A DNA stretch of 64,000 nucleotides, taken from the NCBI GenBank assembly GCA_964651815.1, contig CAZYWG010000011.1:1056-65055 (forward strand), written 5' to 3'. The notes beneath the pieces were generated by a model. The model made no database searches, was not told the DNA's origin, and saw nothing but the letters and a program-made list of their open reading frames with translations. This document shows positions 60,694 to 64,000 of this stretch, piece after piece. Position 1 is the first letter of the stretch. Each line of letters opens with the position of its first letter. The stretch is from an uncultured Gammaproteobacteria bacterium (GTDB lineage Bacteria > Patescibacteriota > Microgenomatia > Levybacterales > GWA1-39-11). The position numbers and the translations under genes were made by a program.

Positions 60694-61084
60694 TTCAAGG
60701 GTACGTGCAGATTCCTTAACAAACTACCGATGAGGTAGAACTGCACCGCTAGATAGGCGCTACTATCAAACACATTGTCTTGAACCAGGTCCATGTAGGG
60801 TCTGAAAGTTACCTCCGGGTAACAACTACATCGCGTCGAGCGCACTCGATACTTATCTCGTAGTAGATGCGTCTCGGAGAGAAAGCGTGAGGATCATTAT
60901 CCTTGCCATAGCACTAATGCTATTTTTTCTCTCCGAGACCTTCTTCCCAATTCGAATTTATTAAAAGAATAACTTTTAAGCAGGAAGCTGTTTATGACTA
61001 AAATTTTGAAGGAGTACAGACCTTTGATTTTATATATGTCGTAGACAGCTTCCTGTTTTTTTTGCGCGAAATTGATTTTTGTAG

Positions 61085-61885
61085 CTATTCCTCTCTCACT
61101 TCTTCCCAAACATCATCCGTTAATTCATTTTCCAAAATTTTTTGCTGAGTAGCTAAGAAAAATGTTAAACCTTCCACATCATAACTTTCTTCTAGTCTTC
61201 TTTGTATGTACCTTTTAATGCGATTTAGTTTCTGTTGTGTAGGCAAAATTAAGCGAACAGTAAGGGTATTTTCAGGGAAATTAATAAATGGAGCAAACTC
61301 GTCTGAGATACTACGAAACTCAATATATTGATCAATTTTATAGCGCACAGCATACATTGGCACGTAGGGCTCGATAAGGTCAAGGAAGTATGTTTTGAGC
61401 TCATCTCTCCAAGTCTCAATATGTGCATCCGGTCTAATATTTTTTAATTCTTCCTCATACCACAATTCAGTACTTGTAGTGAAGAAGTGAGTTTCATCCT
61501 TTTTCAATTCTTGTGGCTTCCATTTTACATAAATCTCAGCAAGCGTAACACAATGATTTACAAATCTTTCTGATGCATGCTTGTCCTGATAAAATCTTTT
61601 GGCTTTTTTTGGTTCATCTTCATAGTAATTTGCTATTGTCCACCCAACACCCCGATTATCTAAAAAGTAAATTGCAGGTTTTGTATTTTCTAAAAGCTTA
61701 TGGGAGTAAATTCTTCCTAAGTATTTGTGCTCTATTAAATCTTTAAGCCATGCGTTAATTCTTCTTGCATCTTTATGTCCCATTAAATACTGTATCTGGC
61801 GTCTATTAATAAAACGGAACTTATATACTAATTCTAGGATATCCATTTGTCTCTCAGATGGAATATAGTTATCGGCATTTATCAT
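61085..61885 (-). CDS. Replication-relaxation (Replic_Relax) family protein
   Basis: ILELVYKFRF..R.QI wHTH, FVNHCVTLAE, IRPDA, KIDQY. Confidence 0.75.
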   Translation of the reverse strand: MINADNYIPSERQMDILELVYKFRFINRRQIQYLMGHKDARRINAWLKDLIEHKYLGRIYSHKLLENTKPAIYFLDNRGVGWTIANYYEDEPKKAKRFYQDKHASERFVNHCVTLAEIYVKWKPQELKKDETHFFTTSTELWYEEELKNIRPDAHIETWRDELKTYFLDLIEPYVPMYAVRYKIDQYIEFRSISDEFAPFINFPENTLTVRLILPTQQKLNRIKRYIQRRLEESYDVEGLTFFLATQQKILENELTDDVWEEVREE

Positions 61886-62280
61886 AAGTTTATATGGACA
61901 GATATTTTAGATAGTTTTTAGAATTTATTTAGAGCAGATTATGAAGGGCAGGATATTAGTTGAGCAGTTATTATTAGATTATTTATTGGAGCAGAAGTTA
62001 AGGTGAATTATACTACGTTTTTACATTTTTGCTAGATTTGTTTGTATCTCTTCTATACTATACATAGTATAGAGAAAGAACGGAAAGAGATTTTTCATTT
62101 TAGCTTCAAATACCGTAAAGTGCTAGGCATGGTCTATGTCCTAGAGGGTAGGACGTACAATTTACATCAAACGAGTGTATTGACAAATATATTTTTCAAG
62201 CTCTGAGCGGAACGGAAGGCTGCCCTTTTACACAATGCTTTGAAAAATTATTTCATGCCTAAGTTAGCCTCATCTAGTGC

Positions 62281-62326
62281 TTGACAAAGAGCTTTAAATA
62301 GTTATATACTGTCCATATATGGACAG
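62281..62326 (+). promoter_or_regulatory. Promoter plus 18-bp palindromic operator upstream of the recombinase operon
   Basis: TTGACA-18-TATACT overlapping CTGTCCATATATGGACAG. Confidence 0.6.
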
Positions 62327-62340
62327 GTGATAAGAAATGG

Positions 62341-62647
62341 TATGACAGACTTGAATAAGACTGATTTAGATAAGACTACACAAACTCCGCAGAATAATCC
62401 TCGTTTTGATCTGAGCTACTTTTCCCAACAAGACACCTCAAGTTCTCTTGATAAAATGTTTCCCGAACAAGAACATGAAACTAAAACTATCAAAAAAGCA
62501 AAGGAAATATTGGGAGATAAATATTCTACTGAAGATGTTAAAACAACAATAGCTTCATTCGAATATCTTATAAATGCTTGGCTTGGTGAATACGAGAAAA
62601 AGATTTTTGGCAAGAACACTTTGAAAGAATTGTTAAGGGAGTTATAA
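62341..62647 (+). CDS. Hypothetical protein upstream of recombinase
   Basis: About 100-aa ORF (GTG at 62327 or ATG near 62342) ending 4 nt before the recombinase ATG. Confidence 0.55.
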
Positions 62648-62651
62648 GAAT

Positions 62652-64000
62652 ATGGAACTAGACTCTGTACAAAACAAAAAAGCTATCTTATACCTAAGAG
62701 TTTCAAGTGAAGAACAAGTTGAAAATTATTCCTTAGGAACTCAAGAAGAGATTTGTAAAAGAGAAGCCGTACGACGAGGCTTTGAGGTCACAGATATATA
62801 TAGAGAAGAAGGAAGATCGGCTAAAACTATCGTTGGAAGACCAGAGCTTATCAGACTATTAGATTTCTGTAGAAGAAACAGAAAGATGGTTGATGCCGTT
62901 TTTGTTTACCGACTTGATAGGATTTCCCGTCAAACTCAGGATTATTTAACCATTCGTAAGAAACTTTTCGACTATGGTATAGCTTTAATTTCAGCCAATG
63001 AACCAACAGGTAACTCACCTACGGAAAAGCTACTAGAAACAATTATCGCTAGCTTTGCACAGCATGATAATGACGTGAGAAGCGAGAGAACGAAAAATGG
63101 TTTACGTGCTAGATTTCTTGCAGGTTTACATACTGGTAAAGTTCCACTTGGTTACATAACACAAAATGGATATGCTCTAAAAGACGGAGAGAATTTTAAC
63201 AAAATGAAAAAGGCTTGGGATTTAATGCTAACAGGTACTAAAAGCTTGTCAGAGATGGCAAAGATAATGAATTCTTGGGGGCTTCGTAAAGTCGTTGCAG
63301 GTAAAGAATACTCTTTAAGAGCACAGACGACTGACAGGTTGTTTAGGTGTAAATTTTATACAGGTATTCTTGTCTCAAATAAATATCCGGATGAAGTAAA
63401 AGGACAACAAGAACCGATGATAACAGAAGAGCAGTATTATAAAGTTCAAGCAATTATTGATGGGAGGAATACATCCGGCATGACTGTAGGTAAAAGACTC
63501 AAAGATAACCCTGAATTTCCACTAAGAAGAACTATTAAATGTGGCAAGTGTCTTGGCCCACTATCCGGCGCTTGGAGTCGTGGGAGAACAAAAAAATATG
63601 CCTATTACATCTGTAAAAACCGATGTGGGGCAGCATCTATAAAAGTTCAGGTATTAGACGACTCATTAATTGATTATCTACATGAAATTACGCCCCCTAA
63701 AGAGAAGCTGGAACTATTCTTAATGCTTCTTAGAAAGAACTTCAATCAAAACGTTATGTTGCTAAATGGCAAAAGAGAAAAGGCAGCGCAGCAGATAGCC
63801 GAGCTAAAAGAACTTAGACAAGCTTTAGTATTAAAGAATTTAAAAGGAACGTATTCAGATGAGATGTTTCAAGAACAAGATAATATTATCAAAGGAAAAC
63901 TAGTACTCCTTGAGAGAATACTTGGGGGAACTATCTTTGATAAATACACAATAGATGATGTTGAGAAGTTTATGAAAGAGAAGTTTAAAGATTTGGGAAT
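62652..64000 (+). CDS. Large serine recombinase (3' truncated by window)
   Basis: AILYLRVSSEEQ, VYRLDRISR, PLGY, zinc ribbon CGKC...YYIC..RC, coiled coil. Confidence 0.93.
   Translation, partial: MELDSVQNKKAILYLRVSSEEQVENYSLGTQEEICKREAVRRGFEVTDIYREEGRSAKTIVGRPELIRLLDFCRRNRKMVDAVFVYRLDRISRQTQDYLTIRKKLFDYGIALISANEPTGNSPTEKLLETIIASFAQHDNDVRSERTKNGLRARFLAGLHTGKVPLGYITQNGYALKDGENFNKMKKAWDLMLTGTKSLSEMAKIMNSWGLRKVVAGKEYSLRAQTTDRLFRCKFYTGILVSNKYPDEVKGQQEPMITEEQYYKVQAIIDGRNTSGMTVGKRLKDNPEFPLRRTIKCGKCLGPLSGAWSRGRTKKYAYYICKNRCGAASIKVQVLDDSLIDYLHEITPPKEKLELFLMLLRKNFNQNVMLLNGKREKAAQQIAELKELRQALVLKNLKGTYSDEMFQEQDNIIKGKLVLLERILGGTIFDKYTIDDVEKFMKEKFKDLG

Overview
AT-rich bacterial chromosome segment, most likely from a Patescibacteria/CPR (Microgenomates-like) genome. 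This is inferred from gene content, the scarcity of Shine-Dalgarno sites and a tRNA-Arg(TCG). 1.8-8.4 kb: an unusual RiPP-like cluster (YcaO, SagB-type dehydrogenase, Cys/Ser/Gly-rich precursor with its own promoter, stand-alone PqqD/RRE, HPr-kinase-like protein, S24/S26 peptidase-nucleotidyltransferase fusion, ABC exporter). 9-51.5 kb: mostly housekeeping genes (dinB, purC/E/K/A, two tRNAs, glycosyltransferases, secG, uvrABC, lexA, rsmI, eno, sugar-phosphate genes, glmS, dus, greA), with a shared TTCG-N7 repeat upstream of lexA and dinB. From about 51.6 kb to the end: a mobile island. Its most striking part is a ~3.96 kb IS1595-family transposon (8-bp target duplication, imperfect terminal repeats) that carries a complete diversity-generating retroelement (RT, avd, TR, and a VR with adenine-only changes). 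The RT and avd genes overlap head-to-head across one (TC)18 tract. At n=16 or 19 both ATG starts would be in frame, while at the observed n=18 both are out of frame, which suggests a phase-variable ON/OFF switch for mutagenesis. The island also holds tandem surface-protein paralogs separated by att-like repeats, a ~450-nt G-U-rich structured RNA leader, a replication-relaxation protein and a large serine recombinase (truncated by the window end).
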